Below are positions 11,629 through 20,576 of a DNA stretch of 64,000 nt, in pieces. The notes beneath the pieces are model-generated. The model did no database searches. It was not told where the DNA came from and saw only the letters and a list, made by a program, of their open reading frames with translations. Origin of the DNA: Candidatus Binatia bacterium (lineage in GTDB: Bacteria; Desulfobacterota; Binatia; UBA9968); the NCBI GenBank assembly GCA_036000865.1, contig DASYUV010000252.1, forward strand, positions 623 through 64,622, written 5' to 3'. Position 1 is the stretch's first letter. Every line of letters begins with the position of its first letter. The position numbers and the translations under genes were made by a program.

Positions 11629-12666
11629 TTATTTTACGGTCTTTCGAACTTCTTGAAGTATGGAGTAATCCACCAGAGCAGCCAGAGTCACCGGAGGGGC
11701 ATTGACCGCCTGCTTTCTAGCGTCTTCGTAAGGCGCTTGCAAGTCCGCGAGATCAATCTCTCCGTTGGGAAGAAAAACCCTCATGGCGTCATCGTAAATA
11801 GCATCAAAATTTTCCGGCTTCACGTCCAGCCGCTTCGCAAAGACAGCTTTGACTCGATTCCGATCCGCCTTCATCACTGTCAAGGCTCGGTACAGGGCTC
11901 TTATGCTTTTGCGGATTTCTTCCCTCTTGTCAGTCATCGTCTGGACTCCGATGCCGAGGCCCCCCACCGGCTGCCTGAGATACTGACCGGTGAAGAGGAG
12001 CGGCTTCATGCCGGCTTTCTCCGCCGGGATTTTTTCAATGTTGTTCAAAATGGCCGACTCTACATGCCCCGAGATCAGCGCGGCGATGCGCGTCGGCCCG
12101 CCGCCTATGGCGAGTATTTTCACGTCCTTGCTGGGGTCCAAATTGAAGTGACGGAAGGCGGCTCTGGCATCGAAATCCGTGGCCGAGCCGTATCTTGAAA
12201 TAGCCACCGTCTTACCCTTTAACTGCTCGATGTTCATGATCCCGGGCTTAGTGACAAGATAAAAGAAACTGCCGTTGAAAAAGTTGATCACGGTTTTAAC
12301 CGGAGCCCCGATGGCCGCCGCTTTCACCACGCTGCTGATGCTGGATGCAAAGTCGATGTCTCCGGTTACCAGCCCTTTCATGGCGATGTCCGAGCGGATC
12401 ACCACAATTTTTGAATCAATTCCCTCCGCTTTTAGATATCCCAACTCCTCGGCGACAAAGATGGGCGAAGCCGATACATCCGTCGCCGAGACCGCAAATA
12501 CTACACGTTTGAGACTTTGAGCCGAAGCCGGCCTGGCTTTGAGAATAACAAAGGCGCAAAGCAATAGGAGCAGGAAAGCCGCAGGTCGGAACCCGTTTAC
12601 CCTGCGATTCGTCAAGGAGCTTATAGGCAGCGCGCCGCTATTTTCCACATGACTACTTTTTTGCAT
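11629..12666 (-). CDS. NMT1/SsuA-TauA-type periplasmic solute-binding protein (SBP-1)
   Basis: Signal peptide ...AAFLLLLLCAFVILKARPASA/QS and the AISRYGSATDF motif. An AGGAG RBS precedes it, 11 nt after alpha-1. Confidence 0.8.
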   Translation of the reverse strand: MQKSSHVENSGALPISSLTNRRVNGFRPAAFLLLLLCAFVILKARPASAQSLKRVVFAVSATDVSASPIFVAEELGYLKAEGIDSKIVVIRSDIAMKGLVTGDIDFASSISSVVKAAAIGAPVKTVINFFNGSFFYLVTKPGIMNIEQLKGKTVAISRYGSATDFDARAAFRHFNLDPSKDVKILAIGGGPTRIAALISGHVESAILNNIEKIPAEKAGMKPLLFTGQYLRQPVGGLGIGVQTMTDKREEIRKSIRALYRALTVMKADRNRVKAVFAKRLDVKPENFDAIYDDAMRVFLPNGEIDLADLQAPYEDARKQAVNAPPVTLAALVDYSILQEVRKTVK

Positions 12667-12677
12667 CTGTCACTCCT

Positions 12678-13187
12678 TTAGATTTCGTCAAAGATGATGT
12701 CCCCGGTTAGCAGCACGGCCGCGGGTTGCAGCCAAGCTTCGGCCGATAGTTGGGCTCGCTTTATCGCCCAGGCAATTTCCTCGACCTTGTCAACGACGGT
12801 ATAGGCAACGTGAAGATCTTTTAAAACCGGTTCGGTGGTGAAGTGATAAGGCCCCATGAACCAAATGCCATCGCCGAGACTGCCTCTATAGGGCACGACC
12901 ATCAGGACCGGTATGTTTTTCTGCATATTCAAAGTGGTCAATGGAAAGGCGGCAGCGAGTATCCCCGCCGTGGGGATAAGCAGAGCGGGTTTTTTTCCTC
13001 CCATCCATGCCCCGGCGCAAACACCGACTCCGATGCCTTCGTTGCTGACCGATACGCATTGGAAAGACTTATCGTTCATCGCGGTTCGCTGGACTTCGGC
13101 CCAATCCGAGTCCGGCAGTATGGAAATGAAATTTATCCCGGCCTGCTTTAGCCCGCTAATGCTCGCTTCGACAGCTTCTTTTTTCAT
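12678..13187 (-). CDS. Split ThDP-dependent decarboxylase, alpha (PYR-domain) subunit, ComD-like (alpha-1)
   Basis: 169 aa, with the VSNEGIGVGVCAG catalytic-Glu motif of ThDP pyrimidine-binding domains. Confidence 0.75.
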   Translation of the reverse strand: MKKEAVEASISGLKQAGINFISILPDSDWAEVQRTAMNDKSFQCVSVSNEGIGVGVCAGAWMGGKKPALLIPTAGILAAAFPLTTLNMQKNIPVLMVVPYRGSLGDGIWFMGPYHFTTEPVLKDLHVAYTVVDKVEEIAWAIKRAQLSAEAWLQPAAVLLTGDIIFDEI

Positions 13188-13239
13188 AGACCGCGGCTGT
13201 TCCGTTTCGAATTCATAAAATGAACGGCGATAGGGGTCA

Positions 13240-13851
13240 CTACTCTACAAGAGGCGATTGTGAGCGAAGCCGCAGGACCGGTTTTTTTTCTGTTTCTTCG
13301 ATATATCCGGCAAAGATGTATTTATTGCGCTTGCCGTCCATATTAAGGTGAGCAACTTTTACCGTCCCCGTTTCAATCTTGGCGACCAGAACGCTCAGTT
13401 CCTTCGCTTCAAGAAAAGCTTGAGCGTTCTTTTTGAATTCTTCCACGCTCGAAACGGTTAAAGTTTTTTTGATTCCGCTGGCGTCGGCGATCTTTTCCAG
13501 ATTGGTGTCTCCCGCCGTGGCGGAAGGGAGTCCTCCCGGGGATTCATAAGCTTCATTATCAAAGATGATGATCCGCAGGTTGGCTGGTTTGTGACGCGCC
13601 ACGTCCGCCAGCGAAGCCAGGTTCATGAGCATGTTTCCATCGCCGTCCAAAGCGATGACTCGTCTCTTCGGTAAAGCTAATGCCAAGCCGAGCGCCACCG
13701 GCGTGCATTGACCCAAGTTGACGTTGTAAAGGTTTGCCGGGGACGCGCGCACGGCGTGCAATTCCAGCGAGGTATTGCCCACGTTGGCAACCACGATGTC
13801 TTCGTCCGCAATGATGGAAGCAAGAATGTCGAGGCACTCATATCGTTTCAT
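13240..13851 (-). CDS. Split ThDP decarboxylase beta subunit (beta-2)
   Basis: The start MKRYECLD overlaps the alpha-2 stop as ATGA. It has LDGDGN-x24-FDNE and the tail NKYIFAGYIEETEKKPVLRLRS. Confidence 0.8.
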   Translation of the reverse strand: MKRYECLDILASIIADEDIVVANVGNTSLELHAVRASPANLYNVNLGQCTPVALGLALALPKRRVIALDGDGNMLMNLASLADVARHKPANLRIIIFDNEAYESPGGLPSATAGDTNLEKIADASGIKKTLTVSSVEEFKKNAQAFLEAKELSVLVAKIETGTVKVAHLNMDGKRNKYIFAGYIEETEKKPVLRLRSQSPLVE

Positions 13852-14348
13852 CGTAACGTCTCCCCGGAAAAAAGCACGCAGATCGGATTTTGCCATGCGA
13901 ACGACGATGCCACGGCATCTTTAATGGCCGTGTCGACCTCGGCAATTTCCCGCACGACGACGTGAGGGATCTGCAACGCCTCGAGGATCGGCTCGGTGGT
14001 AAATTTGTACGTCCGCATCACCCAAAAAGCGTCGCCAATGTCACCGCGATAGGGAACCAGCAATAATAACGGGATTCCCCACAGCTGATTCAGACTGCCC
14101 AGCGGCCAAACTGAAACCAGCAGTCCAGAAGTCGGTATAATCATGGCCGGCACCTTGCCGCCCAAATAAAGGCCAGCACATATTCCCACTCCAATGCCCT
14201 CATTGCTCACGGGTATATAAGTGAATGTCGGGTCTTCGGCGATCATCCTCTGGACGTCGGCAAAACCATGATCAGGCAGAATGGCCACCGAATCCACGTG
14301 AGCCTCTTTAAGCCCCTTTACAATTGCGCTGCTCGTCTTTGCGTTCAT
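13848..14348 (-). CDS. Split ThDP decarboxylase alpha subunit (alpha-2)
   Basis: 166 aa with the VSNEGIGVGICAG motif. It is collinear with alpha-3 (31939-32439) over its full length. Confidence 0.8.
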   Translation of the reverse strand: MNAKTSSAIVKGLKEAHVDSVAILPDHGFADVQRMIAEDPTFTYIPVSNEGIGVGICAGLYLGGKVPAMIIPTSGLLVSVWPLGSLNQLWGIPLLLLVPYRGDIGDAFWVMRTYKFTTEPILEALQIPHVVVREIAEVDTAIKDAVASSFAWQNPICVLFSGETLR

Positions 14349-14382
14349 AACGTTTCACCTCAAACTCATTTACCCACTTCGG

Positions 14383-15870
14383 TCAATGTGCACGCTTGGG
14401 AAGGATATGGCTCCACTTTTGTTTTACTTTTTCCTTGTAGGCCGGGCTTGCGGAACTCACTTGAGGAAATTCCTTGCGCCACGAATAAGGCCGGCACGCA
14501 TCAATAATGATGCATGAGGTGATGAAATCGTTCTTCGCTTTTTTCTCAGGTGAAAGTCTGGGGTTTAGAGAACTGGCCGCAATGTCTAAAATCTCGGAGG
14601 CTGTTTTCGGATCCCAGCGCGAGGCAACGGCCCACAACAGCTCATTGACGTTCGTAATATCTATGTCGTCGTCCACCACGATAACCATTCTCGTGTCTCT
14701 TCCGCCATCGCGGGTTGATAAAACGCCAAGCGCCGCTTGTTTGGCATGGCCCGGGTATCGCTGCCTTATGGAAACCGCGGCGACAAAGCGGCCGTGGCGC
14801 GGGAACCACACGCCGGTAACGTCAGGCACACCGGACCGTTCGAGGGTGGCCCAAATATTCGCTGCGCGAACGTATCTGACCAGTTCGCTATTTAAATAGG
14901 TCTTGAGGGGTGGCGAGCCGGTGATGATCGGATCGTCACGGTGATAGATGCGCCGCACTTTGATGACCGGCGCTTTTTCCGGGCCGGAGGCATAATAACC
15001 CGGCCACTCACCGAACGGTCCTTCCACGCGCGATTCGGTTTCCGGCGGCGGCGCAAAACCTTCAAGGACGATTTCCGACAATGCCGGCATGGGCAAGCCG
15101 GTGATGCCAGCGATTGTGGTAGGAATCGGCCGGCCCAGAAATCCTCCCAAAAAATCGTATTCGCTCACGCCCCACGGCAATCCCAGTCCGGTCGCCATCA
15201 TGAAAGACGGCGGCATGCCGCAGACAACCAGAAAGGGACAGTCCTTTCCCTTTTCCCAGTACTTCCTCGCGATCAAATCGCCGTGCTTGCCGGGGAAGAT
15301 GTTGACGCCGACCGTTTGTTCATCGTGAAGCTGGACTCGATAAGTTCCGACGTTCACATACCCGGAGTCCGGATCTTTACATACCACGGCATTGAACGTT
15401 CCAATGTATCGGCCGCCGTCCAACTCATGCCATTTCGGAGTTGGGAACTTGAGGAGATCGACGCCCGCCGCTTCGAGAATGTTCTCCAAGATCGGCGCCT
15501 CTCCTGTCACCACCGGAGCAATGGGGCTTAAACTATTTAATCGCTCTTTCACTTCTCTAGCCAATTCGACGCCTCTTAATCCGGGCCGCATGCCGATGGC
15601 TAGTGACTCGCGCAGGGGCGACTTCAAAATATTACTCAAGACGCGATATCCCCGCTCATAGCCCGGGATGTCATCAAAGAGCAAAGCCGGGGTGCTTTCC
15701 GATTCCGCGAAGATCTCTGTGATCGCGCCGATTTCCAAATCCCAGTGCGCTCCCTCAATCACCTGAAGCTCACCACCGTTTTCAATCCGGTCCAAGAAAC
15801 ACCGCAGATCGAGCGCTGGATCGCCGCTGCTCTCGGCGCGTACTTGAGTCGTCTCACCAGCAGTTTTCAT
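14383..15870 (-). CDS. UbiD-family (prFMN-dependent) decarboxylase (UbiD-1)
   Basis: EGPFGEWPGYYAS motif and overall UbiD length and layout. The ATG at 15870 was chosen over the upstream start at 15912. Confidence 0.8.
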   Translation of the reverse strand: MKTAGETTQVRAESSGDPALDLRCFLDRIENGGELQVIEGAHWDLEIGAITEIFAESESTPALLFDDIPGYERGYRVLSNILKSPLRESLAIGMRPGLRGVELAREVKERLNSLSPIAPVVTGEAPILENILEAAGVDLLKFPTPKWHELDGGRYIGTFNAVVCKDPDSGYVNVGTYRVQLHDEQTVGVNIFPGKHGDLIARKYWEKGKDCPFLVVCGMPPSFMMATGLGLPWGVSEYDFLGGFLGRPIPTTIAGITGLPMPALSEIVLEGFAPPPETESRVEGPFGEWPGYYASGPEKAPVIKVRRIYHRDDPIITGSPPLKTYLNSELVRYVRAANIWATLERSGVPDVTGVWFPRHGRFVAAVSIRQRYPGHAKQAALGVLSTRDGGRDTRMVIVVDDDIDITNVNELLWAVASRWDPKTASEILDIAASSLNPRLSPEKKAKNDFITSCIIIDACRPYSWRKEFPQVSSASPAYKEKVKQKWSHILPKRAH

Positions 15871-15924
15871 GATTTCCCTTGTCCGCGTTTCAGGCAAACC
15901 GAGCGGCGGCAAAGCGGAGCCGAT

Positions 15925-16917
15925 TCATTTTGCAGAGGCTCGCGCCACCCTCAGCAACGACCAATCCACCAAGTCATCCAATCCTACGGGTGGCGGTTTG
16001 GTGGCCGCCTTGCGCGCGTCTTCATAGGGAGCGACTAAATCGCTCGCTGGAATCTCGCCCTCGGGCAGAAACACTTTCAACATAGACTCATAGGCGCTAT
16101 CGAACTGCTTCGCGCTAATGGCCAATTCTTTGTCAAAAAAATCTTTTATCGCGTTCTTGTCATTTTTCAGGACCGTTAACGCCCGATATACCGCTCTGAG
16201 CGATTTCACTAAAAAATCCCGATTCGTCCGAATCTTCTCGATGGAAGTTCCCAATCCGCCCACAGGTTGTTTATTAAACTGCCCGGTAGAAAGGAGCGCT
16301 TTCATGCCGGCTTTTTCAGCGTGTTCCTTTTCACCTTCCGTAAGGATTGCCCCATCGACCCGCCCGGAGACCAGTGAAGTAAGACGGTTCGTTCCTCCGC
16401 CCACCGGAAGGATGGTAACATCGCGTCCGGCCTCCAAAGAAAAGTGCTTCAAGACCGCTCTCGCGTCGAAATCAGTAGCGGATCCGTATCGCGAAATAGC
16501 AATGGTTTTTTTTCTCATCATCTTTATGTCGGTAATATCCGGCTTGGTAACGAGGTAGAAGAACCCGCCGTTAAAAAAACTGACGACGATTTTTACCGGG
16601 ATACCGACCGCGGCCGCCTTCGTAACGCTACTTAAGCTCCCGGCAAAGTCGGCGTCGCCCGAGATGAGGCTCGCTATTTGAAGATCCGACCTCATCACCA
16701 CGATTCGTGGTTCCAATCCCTCCTTCTTGAAGTAACCCAACCGATCCGCCAACCAGACGGGAGCCGATGACAAATCTTTTGTCGACACGGTGATCACGAC
16801 ATAATTTTTTTGCGTTTGGGCGGCGCTCGGTCGCGCTGTCCCGGCGATCACCAGCGTCAGCCAAACAATAAAGGGAACGCCGGTGATGACTAGCTTGCGA
16901 AATCCAGGTGCACTCAT
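15925..16917 (-). CDS. NMT1/SsuA-type solute-binding protein (SBP-2)
   Basis: Signal peptide ...VPFIVWLTLVIAGTARPSAA/QT and the AISRYGSATDF motif. It is a close paralogue of SBP-1. Its start overlaps the Rieske oxygenase stop (ATGA). Confidence 0.8.
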   Translation of the reverse strand: MSAPGFRKLVITGVPFIVWLTLVIAGTARPSAAQTQKNYVVITVSTKDLSSAPVWLADRLGYFKKEGLEPRIVVMRSDLQIASLISGDADFAGSLSSVTKAAAVGIPVKIVVSFFNGGFFYLVTKPDITDIKMMRKKTIAISRYGSATDFDARAVLKHFSLEAGRDVTILPVGGGTNRLTSLVSGRVDGAILTEGEKEHAEKAGMKALLSTGQFNKQPVGGLGTSIEKIRTNRDFLVKSLRAVYRALTVLKNDKNAIKDFFDKELAISAKQFDSAYESMLKVFLPEGEIPASDLVAPYEDARKAATKPPPVGLDDLVDWSLLRVARASAK

Positions 16918-18137
16918 GAAATACCTCCCGGAATGTAGTCTGGTGACGCTTGTTTGTGAACCTCCCGAAGAGGGGCTTTCTCATCCGTAAGGCCTTTTGG
17001 CGGATCACACCACGGCGTCAGCTGTGCACCCTTGGCAAGCGCGCTTAATTCGCGGTCAAAAAGTTTTCGGATAAGAATCACTCCTTTGTCGCTTTGTCCA
17101 AGCCGCTCTTGATTCCGATCGGCGAACGCGCCCTGACCGACGGCGGTGACGTAGTCCTCGATCCAAAACAGATCGAACGTGCTCAGATTGGCGTCGAGAT
17201 CTTCGATGCTGGTCTCCCCGGCGAGAACGGATTCGGCTAGTTTATTAAGCCTTGCCGTATCCACTTTCGCCATGAAGTCATTACATTGCTCCCGATACGC
17301 CGTCGCCTCGCTGCCGTCAATTTCCAAATAATCGATCGGAAAAGTCACACATCGTCCGTCATTGATCGGGACATAGATAAGAAGCCGAACATTCGGATAA
17401 GCAGTCGTTTTTCCGGCGCCCGGGACCCGCGTTTCGATGGTGCCAGGCTCTCTCCCGAGCTCTACGAGGTTCGGCATAAAGAAATAAGTGTAGGTCTGCC
17501 GGCCCGCGCGGGTAAAGCGCACGCCATATTCCATTTCTTCAGCCGTGATCGAGCCGCCGGGCTTCAGTTGGCGGCCCACGCGGCGCAGCGATTCACGGTG
17601 AGTGAAGGGAGGATGGGCGCTGTCATTCTCAAGACGGTTGAAATAGTTGCACGGCCACATCTCGGGCGGATTTGCGATCAGCAGGCCCTCGCCTTCCAGG
17701 TCGGCAAATCTTCTAAAGCTCGGCGTCTCCTTTTCACCGAAATAGCCCCAGATCAAACCGAGGTAATCTTGCGCCGGCCAACTGCGAATGCGCACTTTCG
17801 AAGCGAACGAGATGCTCTCCGAGGGCTGCTCAACACACTGGCCACACGCATCATATTTCCAGCCGTGATAACGGCACCGGATGTCTTCTCCTTCCACCCA
17901 TCCGGTTGATAGCTGCGTCCCTCGATGGGCGCATTTAAACGCGACGATATGAGGCGATCCGCTCTCGCCGCGATACAAGGTAAACTTCTCGCTCAGGATT
18001 TCTACGGGGACCGCCCTGCCGCGCTTTAAATCTTGACTCCGATAGATCGGTTGCCAGAAATTTCGCAGGTACCGCCCGCACAGCGTCTCGCGGCCGGTTT
18101 TAACAACATCATCAAGACGGGATTGTTCCTTGCTCAT
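16914..18137 (-). CDS. Rieske non-heme-iron oxygenase, alpha (catalytic) subunit
   Basis: Rieske motif CAH-x16-CRYH and mononuclear iron motif D-x2-H-x4-H (ENDSAHPPFTH). Confidence 0.8.
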   Translation of the reverse strand: MSKEQSRLDDVVKTGRETLCGRYLRNFWQPIYRSQDLKRGRAVPVEILSEKFTLYRGESGSPHIVAFKCAHRGTQLSTGWVEGEDIRCRYHGWKYDACGQCVEQPSESISFASKVRIRSWPAQDYLGLIWGYFGEKETPSFRRFADLEGEGLLIANPPEMWPCNYFNRLENDSAHPPFTHRESLRRVGRQLKPGGSITAEEMEYGVRFTRAGRQTYTYFFMPNLVELGREPGTIETRVPGAGKTTAYPNVRLLIYVPINDGRCVTFPIDYLEIDGSEATAYREQCNDFMAKVDTARLNKLAESVLAGETSIEDLDANLSTFDLFWIEDYVTAVGQGAFADRNQERLGQSDKGVILIRKLFDRELSALAKGAQLTPWCDPPKGLTDEKAPLREVHKQASPDYIPGGIS

Positions 18138-18167
18138 GAATTTCCTCGCTCGGCAATTCCTTGGCTC

Positions 18168-19004
18168 CTATCCTCCTTTTGAACTATTTTCCTTCAAAGG
18201 AAACATTTGCTGAGCAAGCGCAGCAAACGGCAGCCCAATCCCTAATTCCCGAGCGAGATCAAGCGCGGGTGTAATCGTGTGAAGAACCAAAGCGAATCCT
18301 TGCTTGGATCGAAGATCTTCATCCCTCACAACAAAACGCCCTAACCAATTATCAACGACGTAACTTTGCGCGAAGGACTGGCCAAGGACCTCCTGGGTGA
18401 GTCTTTCATCAAGCCCGTAAGCATGAGCCAAGCGCATACCTTCATAAGCGGAAAGTCTGTTCAAGCAAAGAATCGTCTGCTGGACGAGCTTCATCACCGA
18501 GCCCATTCCTAATTTTCCCATATGAAAAATATTGGCGCCGGAGCTTGCGAGCAGCGGCCGGCACCTCTCAAACACGGCTCGGTCGCCGCCGACCATGAAG
18601 CACAATTGACGATTTTCTGCGCCAGCTTGCCCGCCACTCATCTGCGCGTCGACTATTTCGAGACCGCGCTCTTTTACGGCCGTCGCTAGCTGGCAAATGG
18701 TAGCCGGGTGCACGGTGGTATGAATGATCACGATGGAACCGGCACGGGCGCCGGCCAGGATGCCGTCGTCCCCTGCGATAACCCGCTGCACCTGAGAGTC
18801 GTCCCACACAACGACACAGATGAGCTCGGAGTTCTTGGCGACCTCCTTGGGGCTTGTTGCGGGGTTGGCTCCGAGTTCGAGAAGCTCCTTCACCGGTGCT
18901 TCTCTTACGTCATAGACGCTGACTCCAAAGCCCGCCTGGAGGCTATTCATGGCCAGGGCTTTGCCCATTTTGCCCAGCCCGACGTATCCTACAGTTGCGC
19001 CCAC
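18168..19004 (-). CDS. NAD(P)-dependent dehydrogenase, 3-hydroxyisobutyrate/6-phosphogluconate dehydrogenase (HIBADH) family
   Basis: GYVGLGKMG Rossmann motif. The GTG at 19004 is preceded by AGGAG. The track ORF begins at a TTG at 19025. Confidence 0.7.
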   Translation of the reverse strand: MGATVGYVGLGKMGKALAMNSLQAGFGVSVYDVREAPVKELLELGANPATSPKEVAKNSELICVVVWDDSQVQRVIAGDDGILAGARAGSIVIIHTTVHPATICQLATAVKERGLEIVDAQMSGGQAGAENRQLCFMVGGDRAVFERCRPLLASSGANIFHMGKLGMGSVMKLVQQTILCLNRLSAYEGMRLAHAYGLDERLTQEVLGQSFAQSYVVDNWLGRFVVRDEDLRSKQGFALVLHTITPALDLARELGIGLPFAALAQQMFPLKENSSKGG

Positions 19005-19061
19005 CGCAAAACTCCTAACTCGCAAAATAGACCAATGACGAGAACAGAGCCGGTAATTTTT

Positions 19062-19463
19062 CTATTGACGCATCTTAACTTCGATTTGATGATTGTCTGG
19101 GTCGAGAATATATTTTGACGGGCTTCGCCCGGTGGCGCCGGTTCTGGGCATCAGTTCGCATTGCAACTTTTCGAAGACACCCGCGGCTGCGAGCTTGGCC
19201 ATGATCGCTTCAAACTCTTTTGCTTCAAACGTCAAACAGAAGTGATCGGGCCTTCCCTCCACGGATGGCGGAAGAGCAACAAAAGCCGGGTTATAGAGGA
19301 GGAAAATCAGACTTTCACCCACCTTGATCGCCGCGGCTTCGATATTATCGCCTCCGCCTAGCATGCGACGGTCGACTAACTCAAACCCGAACATTTCTGT
19401 ATAAAAGTTGATCGACCTATCGAGATTGGTAACTCGAATACCCACATGATCGAGTAATGCCAT
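19062..19463 (-). CDS. VOC-family protein (glyoxalase/extradiol-dioxygenase fold)
   Basis: LDHVGIRVTNLDRSINFYTEMFGFE N-terminus typical of the VOC/glyoxalase I superfamily. Confidence 0.75.
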   Translation of the reverse strand: MALLDHVGIRVTNLDRSINFYTEMFGFELVDRRMLGGGDNIEAAAIKVGESLIFLLYNPAFVALPPSVEGRPDHFCLTFEAKEFEAIMAKLAAAGVFEKLQCELMPRTGATGRSPSKYILDPDNHQIEVKMRQ

Positions 19464-19487
19464 CGTTTTGATCCTCCTTCCTAGGCG

Positions 19488-20291
19488 TTACAGATAACCG
19501 TCATTCCCTGCTCTTCGAATCATACTCGGACTGAGTTTATCCTTCAGCTCAAGCGCTGGCTCGCCTGTTTCAGTATCCATCAACGTTTTCGCAATACGGC
19601 GCGCTCCCTTAACGCCGGCCTCCGCTATTTGCTTGATTTGCCGGTAGGGGTATTTTGCCGACGGCCAGCTAAGACTCAGGACGGCGATAGGCCGTCCGTG
19701 GGCAGCGACTATAGGTATAGATGCGGATACCGCGCCTTTGACGGCGGTGCCACGACTCGTCGCATAGCCGCGCTTTTTTATGCGCGCCAAACTGCTCCAA
19801 AGGGCAGCGTTTCTTGTTAAGGAGCCGGAGCCTAACAATTGCATCGCTTCATTTATCGGTAAGAACGCTAAAAAAGCTTTTCCGGCGCTGCCGAACAAAA
19901 TGGAATGCCTTAAACCGAGCGGAAAACTGACTCGCAAAAGATCGTTGCTTTCCACTCTATCAATAACGACCATTTGCTTGCCTTCCCGGATTCTCAACGC
20001 CACCGTAATCCCTAAGGATTCCGACAGCGACCGCATGACCGGGAGGGTGGCTCGTTGTACCTGCTCGTAGTTCGCTGAGACGAGAGCGCGAAATTGCGGG
20101 CCCACGGTATAACGCTTCGTCCGCTGATTTTTTTCCACAAAACCCATCGTTTCCATTACGGCGAGAATCCGATGGATGGTGCTTTTGTCGATCTCGACCG
20201 CTCTCGCCAACTCCGCAAGGCTGTAGTCAGACGCCTTCGCCCGCAGCACCGTCAGCAAATGTAATCCCTTGACTAAGGTCCCTGCTTTCAT
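19488..20291 (-). CDS. IclR-family transcriptional regulator
   Basis: N-terminal wHTH (SLAELARAVEIDKSTIHRILAVMETMGFV) and a C-terminal IclR effector domain. It is the only regulator in the island. Confidence 0.85.
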   Translation of the reverse strand: MKAGTLVKGLHLLTVLRAKASDYSLAELARAVEIDKSTIHRILAVMETMGFVEKNQRTKRYTVGPQFRALVSANYEQVQRATLPVMRSLSESLGITVALRIREGKQMVVIDRVESNDLLRVSFPLGLRHSILFGSAGKAFLAFLPINEAMQLLGSGSLTRNAALWSSLARIKKRGYATSRGTAVKGAVSASIPIVAAHGRPIAVLSLSWPSAKYPYRQIKQIAEAGVKGARRIAKTLMDTETGEPALELKDKLSPSMIRRAGNDGYL

Positions 20292-20407
20292 TGTATATAC
20301 TGAGATAGTTATTTTTATATGCGCAACGATTATTCTGCTCGATGTCTTTTGTCAAGTTCTTTCTCGTCTGCAATTTTCATCGGCGGCCCGATGAGGCCGA
20401 GATCGTA

Positions 20408-20437
20408 TTGACATTTCCTCGTTCGAGGTGGTAATGG
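20408..20437 (+). promoter_or_regulatory. Candidate sigma70-type promoter for the plus-strand supraoperon
   Basis: TTGACA-N18-TAATGG in the 285-bp divergent region between iclR and the Mo-hydroxylase gene. This is a pattern match only. Confidence 0.3.
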
Positions 20438-20576
20438 CGGCAAAATATTTATAACTGTAACAAGCAGCGTCGGCAAAGCTGCGCCTGACCGCAACGAAAC
20501 CTCATGAATTATTGAAGGTACGTCTGCCCTTGCTTCCGCCTAACGAGGCGAATGTGGATAGGAAGGAAAACAAATA

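Noticed and set aside
11629-12666. SBP-like proteins as cytoplasmic THI5/NMT1-type HMP-P synthases
   Set aside because: All ten start with hydrophobic signal peptides and AxA-type cleavage sites, which indicates export. Their number and their linkage to catabolic enzymes also argue against thiamin biosynthesis.
20292-20576. TPP riboswitch upstream of NMT1/THI5-like or ThDP-enzyme genes
   Set aside because: I looked in the island intergenic regions. The only CTGAGA core is a chance hit at 20300-20305, without the flanking conserved helices. No convincing riboswitch could be recognised by eye, and an Infernal scan would be needed to be sure.
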